A stretch of 64,000 bases of DNA from Octopus sinensis (GCF_006345805.1 NC_042999.1:124620001-124684000); one strand, 5' to 3'; positions 25,284 through 37,680 are shown, numbered from the stretch's first letter. Numbers and translations are program-made. Notes: generated from the letters alone by a model not told the origin.

Positions 25284-25520
25284 ATATATTACTTTGTGTT
25301 GATTCACATAGAAGCAGTAAAATACATAACTTAAAACGTAATGCATCCTTTAATAAATTTTAACTGAATCATTCTAAAGTGCCAGTTCTCAGAGTTTCAC
25401 ATCTCCATTCTTTCAGTTAACAATCAAAGCTTGTTGCTAGTTTGATCATTAGATATTTGAATATCATATGAAAGCTATAAAGAAACACTTATTTCAGTAT
25501 TTCATAAGAAGTCATGCAAG

Positions 25521-25560
<40 letters not shown>

Positions 25561-25999
25561 ATTACTTATTGATTTGTATATCAACTACTCATGATATCAC
25601 CAACTTATATACATTGTGTGGCTAAGCAAATAACAGCCTTTAATTCAACTGTAGCTGACTATGGGAATAATCAGTAAAATATTTAGATTTCCTGCAAGAC
25701 ACTGTATAGTAACTATTCTATATTTTCTTGATGTGGTATGTTTGAGATTCATTCTTCTCATATGTTTAATCTACACAGAATTTATGTCATAGCATCCACT
25801 AAATTTTTAGCCATTGCACACTCTAAATACAAAAATATCTCATTGATATGAAGTAAAATTGCCCAGCCTAAGTACATGTTCAACTACATACAATGTATGT
25901 ATTCAAGTATGTATGTATGTATGTATGTATGTATGTATGTATGTATGTATGTATGTATGCATGCATGCATGCATGCATGCATGCATGTATGTATGTATG

Positions 26000-26465
26000 T
26001 TTGTACAAGACATTGTAGATCTTTAGCTGGGCTAAAAAGTCACATTCGATCACAGCACCAGTAACAGTTAAACTTCGTGCAATGGCCATACTCAATAACG
26101 AGGGGGCAGCCATAATAATGTATGTATGTATATAAGTATGTATGTATGTGTGTGTATGTGTGTATGTGTGTGTGTGTGTGTGTGTGCACGTGTATTTAAG
26201 GCTGTGATTTAAGGACTGTGTCAAGTCCTCATTAAAGACCTGTGGTATGCAGAGAGAGCAATGCCTGTTATCACCACAGATGGAGGAAGCAGGTTAAGGA
26301 GGGTATGAACGTTGTTGAAAGAGCACATACTCTTCATGCTAGCAGTGCTCAAAAGTGCACTGCTAGCATAATGAATGGGGAAAGCTTGGTTTGCAATATT
26401 TGCAGTTGTGTATGCTTGTGAAGAGCAGGGCTCATTAGCCACTAACAGAGCCACAAATGCAAAAT
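26000..26465 (+). mobile_element. Two RTE C-terminal Cys/His fragments (26000-26065 and 26225-26465)
   Basis: Translations CTRHCRSLAGLKSHIRSQH and WRKQVKEGMNVVE...LVCNICSCVCL*RAGLISH resemble the RTE C-terminal C-x2-C...H motif. Confidence 0.55.
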
Positions 26466-26679
26466 ATAAGTTAGTCTTAGAACATACAATGTTCCTAAAG
26501 GTCAACAATGGTCTTCCTCAGCCACGAGTGGATTGTCATCATGCATGTATGTATGTATGTATGTAAGTATGTATGTATGTATGTGCATTTGTATTTACAT
26601 ACTTATATAGTAGATATGCAACGAAATTGTACCATTTTACATCCTAGTTGCAATGAGATATTTTTGTACATAGTCCGAA

Positions 26680-26950
26680 CGTGGCCGTTGCCAGCCCCAC
26701 CCCGGCTGGCCCCCGTGCCGGTGGCACGTAAAAAGCACCATCCAATTGTGGCCGTTTGCCAGCCTCGTCTGGCACCTGTGCAGGTGTCACATAAAAAGCA
26801 CCCACTACACTCTCGGAGTGGTTGGCGTTAGGAAGGGCATCCAGCTGTAGAAACACTGCCAGATCAGACTGGGCCTGGCTTCCCAGACCCCAGTTGAACC
26901 ATCCAACCCATGCTAGCATGGGAAATGGACATTTAACGATGATGATGATG
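26680..26950 (+). mobile_element. RTE 3' UTR fragment
   Basis: gccggtggcacgtaaaaagcacc...ggaagggcatccagctgtagaaac...gcatgggaaatggacatttaacgatgatg. Confidence 0.8.
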
Positions 26951-27224
26951 TATGAATGTGTGTGTATATGTATGTACATATGTATGCCTGTAAATATGTA
27001 CATACGTATGTATGTACATATGCATGCCTGTAAGTGTGTACATATGTATGTTGGTTTATGTTGGATGAATGAGAAAGATGTGCTTAGTATATGTTGTAGA
27101 GAATATGGGTCTTTTAATGAAACTGAAACTGAAAATTAGTTTTGTGATTCGCAGTTCATGTCATTGCAATTTTCACAAGGTTGTGAAGCAAGCTTCATAA
27201 CTATACAGCCATATAAGTGTGGCT

Positions 27225-27410
27225 AGATACAGGAGTGACAGCACAGTTAAAAAGCTTGCTTCTAAATCATGTGGTTTTGGGTTCAGTCCCACTGTGTGAC
27301 ACCTTGGCCAAATGTCTTCTGCCTATAATCTCAAGTCAGCCGAAGCTTTGGCAGTGGATCTGGTAGATAGAAATGGAAAGAAACCTGTTGTATACATACG
27401 TATATGTGTG
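27225..27410 (+). mobile_element. tRNA-SINE head and core
   Basis: ggttttgggttcagtcccactgtgtgacaccttggccaaatgtcttc. Confidence 0.7.
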
Positions 27411-27479
27411 TGTGTGTGTACATATATATACATATTTATTTTGAGATCCACCTTGTTTCTAAGTATATTTTTTTTCATT

Positions 27480-28660
27480 TCTACTTCTTGATTTATGTCA
27501 GTGTCTCTGATGGTTGACATGACGAGTTTTTGATTGGAATAATGGCCACATTTGATGATCAGTAGAGCCTTGGCTTGAGTAAATATACCTTCATTATAAC
27601 TGTTTATCTTCTTCATTTCTTTGAGGATGTGTTTTCAAAAATGTCCTACATCAGTTTTGATGAAGTGATGCTACACTGTTCAGCCTTCAGTGTGTTACTC
27701 CCAGGATTTAGGGTCAATATTGGTGCTTTTCATTGTCAGTTTCAGTTGGTCTTTGTAGTATCACATGGGGTACCTGCTTGCTCTTTTGCTGGTACTGAGT
27801 TCACTGTAGAGGATTTGATCTGTCAGTTTAGTAGTCTTCATGTAGTGGACATGACTTGACCATCTGAGATTACATTTGACGGTGACAGCCTCAATGCATT
27901 TGGCATTGGCCTGTTCAAGAATTGCAAGGTTGTTAACATAGTTATCCCATTTGATGTTCACAACTGAATGTAGATTTTATTGATGGAATCGTTCCAGCTT
28001 TCAAATATCCCAGTTGTACAAGGTCCATATTTCATAACCATAAAGTAAGGTAGAAACAACCATGCCTTGATATACCAAGATCTTGATTTGTACTTCTAGG
28101 TTTCTGAAGACACACTGAATAAGTTTTCCAGAAGTGACATGGGCAGCTCAGATCTTGTTCTCAACATATTCCTTGAAATCATATTGTATGAAGAAGATGC
28201 ATCACAGGTAAGGAAACTGGTTTACTTGTCCCAGTGGTGTGTTGAAATCTGGAAGGATTGAGTTTAGAGTAGGTTGTGAAAGTATTTTGATTTTGGCTTT
28301 CTGGAGGTTGACTGTCAGACTAAAGTGATCATATGCATTTTTGAAGTTGTTGACAGACTCTGCAATTCTTCTAGTGAATGAGCTGGTGAGGTATTGTCAT
28401 TAGCACACTGCAGTTCAATGACATGAGTGCTGCTGATCAGTCTTTAAGACTGAAATTTGGACAGATTGTAGAGTCCATCATTAAAGCTGCACTTGATTTC
28501 TACACTAGGGTTGTTCGGTGGAATTTCATGGAGCATAGAAATCAAGTTCAGGAAGAACATGGTTGGGGCAAGTATTAGGTTAAAATAGTCACTATATATC
28601 ATACTTAATGTAGCTACAACAGGAACAAGCAAATTTACTGAAGTGTTTGTCTAGAGATAG
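27480..28660 (-). mobile_element. Old RTE (BovB-like) LINE fragment
   Basis: ORF 27761..27961 NLRWSSHVHYM...QILYSELSTSKR resembles LRWSGHVxRM...LYGEL; 28444..28632 ILAPTMF resembles the RT motif GCVLAPTLF. Confidence 0.7.
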
Positions 28661-29084
28661 TATCTCTTGTAGACATACTAAATTTAAAAAACATAAACTA
28701 TTTTGGTTGTAGATAAAAACATCATCCAGCAGTGACAGCAGTGAAAATGTCAGAGATGCATTTCTGTCTCATTCAGTTTTGTCAGCAGTATGTACTCAAT
28801 GTCATTCACATACTTGGATGAAATCTGTCGCATATGATATCAGAAAGCAATGATTGAATAATGACTCAGCTGAACAAATATGTATGCAGTAGAAGCAGTA
28901 TTAGATTAAAATAGCTATTTGTGTATCATACTTTATTTAGATACATCATGAAAAAGTAGATGTACATGTGTATTCGTCAGGCATACCTTGAATTCTCATC
29001 TGCTGCTTCTGGACAAATACGTATATATCGCATATATATGTCATATATACATCTTACATATACACACGCACACACATATGTTGA

Positions 29085-29382
29085 AGAAATCAGCCCCAGG
29101 ACTTAATATTTCTGGGCCTAGTACTTATTCTATTGGTCTCTTTTACCAAACCGCTAAGTTACACACTAACATCGGTTGTCAAGCGATCAAGTGATAGTGG
29201 GGGACAAACGCACACACACACACACATATATATGGCGGGCTTCTTGCAGTTTCTATCTACCAAATCCACTCATAAGGCTTTGATCAGTCTGAGGCTAAAG
29301 TAGAAGACACTTGACCAAGGTGCCATACAATGGAACTGAACCCAGAACCATGTGGTTGGGAAGCAAGCTCCTTACTACACAG

Positions 29383-29385
<3 letters not shown>
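29085..29385 (-). mobile_element. Composite tRNA-SINE
   Basis: Same family as 13915-14325. Confidence 0.75.
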
Positions 29386-29421
<36 letters not shown>

Positions 29422-29549
29422 TGTTTATACACACACACACATATATAGATAGATATCATCTATATATGTATTTATATGTGTATAACCTAAATAGTAGATA
29501 TATAAACAAGGCTTACTTAGGTATTTCTCTGTGGACTGAAGAAATTGTG

Positions 29550-29599
29550 AACAACCTTAATCAATTTTCAACACTAACTGGATTCTCATCAGGGGTGTC
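29550..29599 (-). ncRNA. Degenerate hammerhead-like motif in a Penelope pLTR-like relic (~29500-29770)
   Basis: Minus GACACCC-CTGATGA-gaatccagttagtgtt-GAAA-attgatta-aggttgtt; core intact, stems decayed. Confidence 0.35.
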
Positions 29600-29807
29600 T
29601 ATATCAATTTGACCAATACAGAGGAACGAGCAGTCAATCTGCTTTTATGCTCAACAATTACATTAGCTACAGAGAGATGGAGCTACCGATTAGCATACTA
29701 TAGGTGTTACCACTTTATCTAATATTGGGGACCTTTCAATAGGGATTTCAGTTCACACAGTATCAAAGTATGACATAATATATATAATTTATACAGTAGA
29801 TATATAA

Positions 29808-30150
29808 ATAGGTGCATGGCTCAGTGGTTAGAGCGTCGAGCTTACGATCGTGAGGTTGTGAGCTCGAATCCCGGACCGGGCTGTGTGTTGTGTTCTTGAG
29901 CAAAGCACTTTATTTCACGTTGCTCCAGTTCACTCAGCTGTAGAAATGAGTTGCGATGTCACAGGTCCCAAGCTGTATCGGCCCCTTTGCCTTTCCCTTG
30001 GATAACACTGGTGGCCTGGAGAGGGGAGGCCGGTATGCATGGGCGACTGCTGGTCTTCCATAAACAACCTTGCCCGGACTTGTGTCTAGGAGGGTAACTT
30101 TCTAGGTGCAATCCCATGGTCAGTCATGACCGAAGGGGGTCTTTACCCTT
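29808..30150 (+). mobile_element. Full-length CORE-type tRNA-SINE
   Basis: ggctcagtggttagagcg (A box), gctcgaatcc (B-box-like), gttcttgagcaaagcactttatttcacg core. Confidence 0.85.
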
Positions 30151-30369
30151 TTATAAAAATAGAGCTAATTTGGTTATTTCTACCTAGAGTGAAAAAATGA
30201 TGAACAAGCTTAATAAACACCATATTGAAAGGAATATATACAACTTTTCTTGTAAAACCTCACAAAAGACATATAGGAACCTGGCAGCTTTGTGCTCACA
30301 CTGTTGAAAGTATGATTTCTTTAACAGTCAATGATGCCTTCCTGAGATACAAGTCAACAATAGGTGTTG

Positions 30370-30889
30370 GCATAGCTCCATTACCAGTGCTTTTTACATG
30401 GCCCCAGCATCCACACTAATGCTTTTTACATGGCACCCTGGTTATGGGATCTCAATTCTGTTGTGGGCCTTCTTGAGTATAGCAGTGTGCCATATATCTT
30501 GGCCCTCTGTCATCGCCTTTGTAAGGTTCAGCATTTTGAGATTGGCCTTCAATACCACATCCCATGTCTTCCTGGGTTTCCCTTTTCCATAACTTCCCTC
30601 CACTTTAAGTGATCAACATTTCTTTATGCAACTGTTCTCATCCATTTGCATCACATGACCAAACTAGTGCTGTCTCCTTTCTTGAACAACGCATTTAATT
30701 CCCCTTATGCCCAACTTCTCCCTCAATACACCAATGTTCTGTCATGCATGCACACTGACATTGCAAATCCAGTGGAGCATATCAGCTTCATTCCTCTCCA
30801 GCATTCACATGTCCTCCACATTCAGGGACGACATCTCACTAATGTGCAGCATTGAAGTTCATACATATGCATCGTACAATCTTTCCTTC

Positions 30890-30920
<31 letters not shown>

Positions 30921-31080
30921 CCTTGGTTGCCTACTGAGGTAAAAGCTCTCTGACCTTTCTCCATCCTATTCTTACTCTAGGAATTACTTTCTATACAACC
31001 TCCTCCACTGCTAATTAGGTCACCTAGGAAGCAAACATTTTGTATAACATCCAGAGAGCCACCAGGTTCAGACATATATT
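30370..31080 (-). mobile_element. RTE LINE 3' fragment
   Basis: ORF 30977..31237 ends CFLGDLISSGGGCIES; nucleotide similarity to 7440-8100. Confidence 0.75.
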
Positions 31081-31513
31081 TATACACACACACACACACA
31101 CACAGATGATTTTGTTCAATTGTATTTTCTGATAATTGCATAATTTGTTTAATTGCATAACTTTTACAAACATTGAGCCAATGACTATGAAATCTATCTA
31201 AAATTGATTGGTTAAAAGCATATGCAAATAAAGTCAACTTCAGTTAATTTGAGTAAAAAGAATGACGAAATGTAGCATTAAATTGTATAATTATTTGATT
31301 TGATATGAATAAAGTGATTCAAGAAGCTTCCGTTTTCATGATGAGTTAAAACAACACTAGTCAGTACTTTGTGTTTGCAAAATAATCATATCAAAAGAAT
31401 TAAATGTAGTCATGTTATATTCTTACCATTTCAATGAACTAAAGATTATCAAAGTTCAAATTCCAGTGTAATTTTTCCTGGAGTTTTTTTTTTTTTTGTA
31501 GCAACATCTCTTC

Positions 31514-31702
31514 GTACATTATTTACATTTGATGGATATTTGTCCACATCTTGTTTGTTGTTAACACAACATTTCGGCTGATATACCCTCCAGCCTTCAT
31601 CATATGCACGGGCATATAGCATAGTGGTTAAGAGCACAGGCTACTAACCACAAGATTCCAAGTTCGATTTCAGGCAGTGACCTGAATAATAATTATAATA
31701 AA

Positions 31703-31763
<61 letters not shown>

Positions 31764-31790
31764 TCATAAAATACCTTAGGAATGAGAGCC
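31514..31790. mobile_element. Second copy of the HHR-tailed SINE, split and inverted
   Basis: Minus 3' part 31514-31602 (TGATGA-A-GGCTG...CAGCC-GAAAT-GTT-GTGTT) abuts a plus-strand head 31610-31790 with (TAA)n linker. Confidence 0.8.
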
Positions 31791-32308
31791 TGTGGTAGTT
31801 ACAATAAGAGAAACTCTCATATTGGCTTTGTGTTGTGAAATGTGATAATGGCAGTGATAGTAATATAGAAGTAGTATATAGCCTGGGGTTATAATAGAAA
31901 TCACTTTGCTCAAGGTGTCATTCTGTTAGACTGACTTCAAAACCATATGGTTGAAAAGCAAGACTTCTTAACCACAGAGCCACCACACATGCACCTAAAT
32001 GTGCTACCATGCTGGGAATCAAACCCAGGCTGCCTGGGTGATGGCCAGGAATATATATATATATATGTATGTATGTATATATATATACATATATATATAT
32101 ATCTAATATAGGATAAAATTTTTCGAAAAAAATTCTATCAATGGCCAGCATATTAAAAAATACCTTTAAAGGTTAAATTTATCAACAACTTATAAACAAG
32201 GGCAAAAGAAAAAAATTCTAATGCCAAATATGCCAAAAATAGACAAATCGTCAATAACCATATAATTCATCACTATAAGCACGCGTCTCGAAGTAAGTTG
32301 TATATATA

Positions 32309-32355
<47 letters not shown>

Positions 32356-32647
32356 TATATAACAACACAAATGGGCAGCATTTCACTACAGCTGTTTCAG
32401 ACATTTTTTTATTGATGAACAAATCAATCACATCATAAAAAGAAACGTTTTCTTTTGGTGAATTAAAATTAAATAAAATTTATCATTTAGGATTTTTCAC
32501 ACAAATAATAAAGAATGCATATTGACTCTTTCATTTTGGTGCCAGTTGAGATATACAGACACACTTTCCTCGACTCCATTTTAGTGTCTTTATTATTAAA
32601 ATACCTCAAGGCAGCAAGCTGGCAGAATCATTAGCACGCCAGGTGAA

Positions 32648-32714
<67 letters not shown>

Positions 32715-32751
32715 ATATATATACGAGCATATACATATATATATTTATATA

Positions 32752-33427
32752 TATAATTTCACAATTGAGGGTAAAATTAATTAATTATTAATCAATTTCA
32801 CCAAGTATTCAGTATGCAAAGGGACCATTTAAGGCGAATTCAAATTATTACATTATATAAAAGGGCTTAGTAAAATAAATTACTTTGCCGCATACTGAAC
32901 TCATTAGAAATAGCAGCTAAAAAAAACTTTTTTAAAACTATTTCTAATACTTAAAGAAAACCTCTCTCATATAGTGTTTGCTCAATTCAACTCACGAAAG
33001 TATGGGGGTAAAGACATTAAAAAATCAAATGCAAAGGTTATTTGAGAACGTACGTTTCAAGATTAGTCAACTCGACATTTCTATCATCAGCTCAGAACTC
33101 CTTGGTTTGGATTTGAAAACACTGAAAGTGGGAGCATACCTTCGGCTTCTTATCGCTTCTGAAGATCTGCTCGAAACTAACAGTGCCAGCAAACTCAAAT
33201 ATGCAAGCGAAGAATTTCTGCTCTCCCCTTTCCACCAGCGTGGGTTAAAATCAGTAAACACTATGCTTTTTTCGGTAAAATCCGAGGCATTAAATAGAGA
33301 GAGATGAATTATAATTTCAACAATTGAGGGTAAAATTAATTAATTATTAATCAATTTCACCAAGTATTCAGTATGCAAAGGGACCATTTAAGGCGAATTC
33401 AAATTATTACATTATATAAAAGGGCTT
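32752..33427 (-). mobile_element. 559-bp unit bounded by ~117-bp direct repeats, carrying a hammerhead (retrozyme / Penelope pLTR-like)
   Basis: Direct repeats 32752-32868 and 33310-33427; inserted in (TA)n, with the flank tatatacgagcatatacatatat present on both sides. Confidence 0.75.
33043..33094 (-). ncRNA. Type I hammerhead ribozyme motif with canonical core
   Basis: TGAG-CTGATGA-[tAGAaatGTC gagtt GACtaaTCTt]-GAAA-CG(TA)CG-TT-CTCA: 4-bp stem I, stem II with internal loop, palindromic AACGTACGTT stem III, GUU triplet. Confidence 0.7.
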
Positions 33428-33515
33428 TATATATATTATATATATATATTTATATATATACGAGCATATACATATATATATTTATATATATACGAGCATA
33501 TACATATATTATATT

Positions 33516-33568
<53 letters not shown>

Positions 33569-33592
33569 ATATATTACATACATACATATATA

Positions 33593-33625
<33 letters not shown>

Positions 33626-33659
33626 GTGTGCATATATGGGTACAGGACGTCACCAACTG

Positions 33660-33745
33660 TACATTATTTACATTATACCCATGGACATATGGCGTAGTGG
33701 TTAAGAGCACAGGCTACTAATCCCAAGATTCCAAGTTTGATTTGA
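33660..33745 (+). mobile_element. Third, truncated copy of the HHR-tailed SINE
   Basis: Inverted 3'-end stub gtacattatttacatt, followed by the head atggcgtagtggttaagagcacaggctactaatcccaagattccaagtttgatt. Confidence 0.7.
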
Positions 33746-34140
33746 AAAATGTGTATATGTGTATTTGTGTGTATACTTATGTCTTACATATATATGCCTA
33801 TACATGTATATAACTATGTGCATGCATCTGTGTATTTTGATGTCTATATGTATATTATAGATGGTCTAGTATGGCTTTATACTGTTGTAAAATATTTATG
33901 TAATGCAGCATGAAAATTTTACTTTTAATGTATTAATTGACTTATATTTCGTATATAATTATTTACAATATGTATTTTGAATCTAATCTTTGATTTAACG
34001 TTTTCTTCGCTTTTACAATAGGATGAATTTATATTGAATTCATTTACTTTGTTCATTGCATAGGACCAATGGAACAAATCCATTTTTCAAGGTGTATCCT
34101 TTAACTAATTTTGATTATATCGTTATTTCGGTTCCATTTT

Positions 34141-34193
34141 AACAAAACTGTCTGATAAACAGGAACGTGAAACTCTGAGTTACAGCTTTTGTT
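34141..34193 (+). ncRNA. Type I hammerhead motif with 11-bp stem I (G8->A)
   Basis: AACAAAACTGT-CTGATAA-AC(aggaac)GT-GAAA-CT(CTG)AG-TT-ACAGcTTTTGTT; AATAAA follows ~20 nt downstream. Confidence 0.6.
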
Positions 34194-34291
34194 ATATTTC
34201 TGCTGCTTTTAAATAAACCATATTACTCTACTTCTGGTATTTGAGAACTCTTTTTTGACACCTTGTTTCACATTTAATGTGCTTACTCGGG

Positions 34292-34327
<36 letters not shown>

Positions 34328-34397
34328 ATATATATATATATATAGTATTATATCTATATATATATATATAATATGTATATATATATATGGTATATAT

Positions 34398-34573
34398 ATC
34401 GCTAGCCACTACACATTCTTTCTTTTCTCTCCCTGTTTCTTTCTGTGTTCCTTTTTGGTGGAAAAGCGTAGGCTCAAAACATTAAAGACTTTTTCACTTC
34501 CCGAGCATTAAACTAATGCATCTGTTTGTTTTTTACACCACCTGTCTTTGTCTTTTGTTTTTTTGTGAATTCT

Positions 34574-34576
<3 letters not shown>
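34398..34576 (+). mobile_element. ~180-bp (TA)n-associated repeat with HHR-like fold (family also at 53585-53765)
   Basis: Reverse complement of 53585-53765; HHR-like segment at 34451-34487. Confidence 0.7.
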
Positions 34577-34623
<47 letters not shown>

Positions 34624-35199
34624 GCATATATAGACTGGTGGGTGTATGTATTTACAAAGGGAAAAATACTCAATACATAAAGGAGAGTTTGCAGATTTTA
34701 TGAGAAGCTGATGTTTATTGAATTGTTATTCTTCATTTCATGTTGTTGATTATAGAAATCATCGTTCTCTCTCTTCTACTCAGCCACTCTTCATCATGCA
34801 GTCTTCAAAGAATGGGGACACTGTAGAGTAGTGAAAATCTTTTTAGCCTTGCAGAGCCCAAATTAAACTCCTTAGTGCTGTTGGCTTGATAAAATGCACT
34901 CAGTACACTCTGCAAAGCAGTGAATAAAGTGAATAAGCAGAATTAATACAGGAGTCAAGTGGGATCTTTGATTTGACAGTAAGCATAACAACCTTTCATG
35001 TTATGTTTTATGTTGGTGCCATAATAAAATGCACCCTGTACACTTTGCAAAGTGATTGGTGTTGGGAAGGGCACCCTAGTAATGAAACCTTGCCAAAAGT
35101 GGAATGAAAAAGCAAGATAATAGTTCTATGATCATTGCAGATGGGAAGTAACTCTGAATTTGAACTGAAACAGGCAGTGAAAATCTAACTCATTCCAGC

Positions 35200-35585
35200 A
35201 TGGAAAGTAGATGTAAAACAGTGATGTTGATGACGATGATGATGATGATGATGATGATGATGATAATGGTGATGGTGGTGATGATAATGGTGATGGTGGT
35301 GATGGTAATGGCAATGGTGGTAGTGAAAGGGAATAATGGGGTGGTGGTGGTGGTGGTGGCAGCAGTGGTAGTGGTGGTGGCAGTTGTGGGGGTGGGGTGG
35401 GCGTGGGGTGGTGGCAGTGGTGGTGGTAACAGTGGTAGTGGTGGTGGTGGTGATGGCAGTGGTGGTGGTGGTGGTAATGGTAGTGGTGATGGCAGTGGCA
35501 TTGGTGTGGCAGTGGTGGTGGTGGTAGCCCTAGTGGTGGAGATGGTGATAGCTGGTAGAGGTGGCAGTAGTGGTAGTAATGATAT
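35200..35585. repeat. Degenerate (GAT)n/(GGT)n trinucleotide region
   Basis: Direct reading; explains the poly-P/H/T/V ORFs at 35132-35607. Confidence 0.9.
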
Positions 35586-35911
35586 TGGTGTTCAAATGCA
35601 ACCATAGTAACAGATTACCTATTATGGTGCCATTTTTCTATCCAAACTATATCTAATCACCACCATCATTGCAAACCTCCACTTCAGATACCCACCAAGA
35701 GGCATGATTATAGGGACACTGCTTCAAGTACACCCATCCAATGGGCTTGTATACAATTACTATCAACCCACTTAAACTCCCAAGGTATGGATCAACCTAA
35801 TGTTCTAAGAAAAAATATACGTGCACAAGATGCCACACTGTGGGATTGAACTTGGTACCTTGTGACTGGGAAGCAAATTTCTTAACTATTGAGTCAAACA
35901 CATATTCACAC

Positions 35912-35957
<46 letters not shown>

Positions 35958-36924
35958 CATATAAATACACACTCACATATATAAACATCCTAGCATTGTA
36001 TTCATATATATATGTGTGTGTATGTATGTATGTATGTATGTATGTATGTATGTATAGTGTGTAAAAACTATGTTCTGGTATGCCTGGACAATGCATACAT
36101 AAGAATAAATTCAAATATGAAAGCACTGCTTCTATTTCATAGTTGTGTGCATATATATATATATATATTATATATATATATACATATATATATTATATAT
36201 ATATAAAGTTATTACTTCTGAGAGCAGAATGATGCACGTGAAAATATTACTGATGTAATGGACACATCAAAATGTCAACCTTGCCATGAAAATTTATACT
36301 TTCCCTTCATAAAAACAAAAAAAATCCTTCTTGGACAAAATCAACAAACATCAGATGTATTCATGGCCAATAAATCCTGATGTGACATGATCTAAAATAT
36401 AAATATAATTTTATATGTGTACATAGCTTTGATACATTGGTGTATGCAACAGTAAAGAATCAATAGTTCAATTGTGCATGGCTATGAATTAACTGTGGTT
36501 GTTTAGCACCAGGTCAACCCTGATCAAGCAGGTCTATGATCACAAGTATTTCAGCCATGATCCTTTTATCTCTTGTTTTCAGACAGAGGTAAAACTGCAT
36601 AGTCCAATATGTCACACTTTAAAAAAAAAATGTAAGGTTATAATTTGAGGAATATTTGGTTGTTTCTTCTTGTAGGTCAGATGACTTCACATATGCTCCT
36701 TCCCTGGATCAGATATTGAACTAATTGGCTCACTACACATACAATGTTAGGATGTCTGGTTTCTAAGTTCAAAGAAAGACAAGCAAAAACCGAATCTAAT
36801 GTGAATAAGAGATATCAAGAGAATACAAAATTCCTTGATTCTTGGCATTTAAATAGTTGAATCTCTGAGTTGTATGCTTACCAAAAACACATATTCATTA
36901 AGTTGACCATAGTTTGTAAGTATA

Positions 36925-37215
36925 TGTAGGACTCCCCTGTCAAAGATGACATAGGAGTGTTCAGCTTTTTTGCTGAACAACCTGCACAAATGATTTGTTT
37001 ATAGTGATCAAATGTATGTGCTATACATTAGCTCATTCCCTCCATCAAATCGATGTTGCCTGAACATGTGCACAGTGTGCCATATGTCGGGTGTCAAGGA
37101 GATTACAGAGATGAAGTATTTTGCTCAAGAATACCACGTGCTACCCTGTCTATGAATTAAAACCACAATCTTGTGATCAAGAGTGCAACACCCTAACCAC
37201 AAGGCCATGCATTTT
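36925..37215 (-). mobile_element. Old CORE-type SINE
   Basis: Minus head gcatggccttgtggttagggtg; core attcttgagcaaaatacttc. Confidence 0.55.
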
Positions 37216-37484
37216 CACTATGATGATGATGATGATTGAGGGAATAAGTTAAATCCAGGTGATTGTCTCAGCTACATTCCATGCAAGAACCTGGCTAGCA
37301 AAGTGTTTTGATAGCAGTGTAAATGTTATACCAATGGTTTAATCAACAAATGATTGATTATACTTTGGTCAATATTTAAAATAGAACTAATCCAAGGCAT
37401 GTATAACAAACTAGTATGTTTATGTCAGTATATATATATATTATATATATATATATATATTATATATATATATATATAAATAAA

Positions 37485-37680
37485 AGTGCCAGTTTTGATG
37501 TCACATAAAAGTGCCCATGCCTATGTCACATTAAAATCACCCATTACTCTCAGTGTAGTTGGCATTAGGAAGGGCATTCAACCACAGAAACCATGCTAAA
37601 TCAGACACTGGAGTTTGGTGCAGCCCCTCAGATTACCAGCCCTGTTCAAACTGTCCAACCGATGATGATGAGGATGATAC

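Noticed and set aside
32200-32310. Minus CGAGACGCGT, reminiscent of Penelope pLTR ends
   Set aside because: The upstream core is replaced by (TA)n, so no ribozyme can be built.
33156-33185. Plus-strand CTGAAGA-tctgctc-GAAAC
   Set aside because: No stem II or stem I; the convincing HHR of this element is on the minus strand at 33043-33094.
36885-36945. Minus-strand exon-like segment with cag acceptor and gtaagc donor
   Set aside because: The acceptor lies in a SINE tail and the peptide is unrecognisable.
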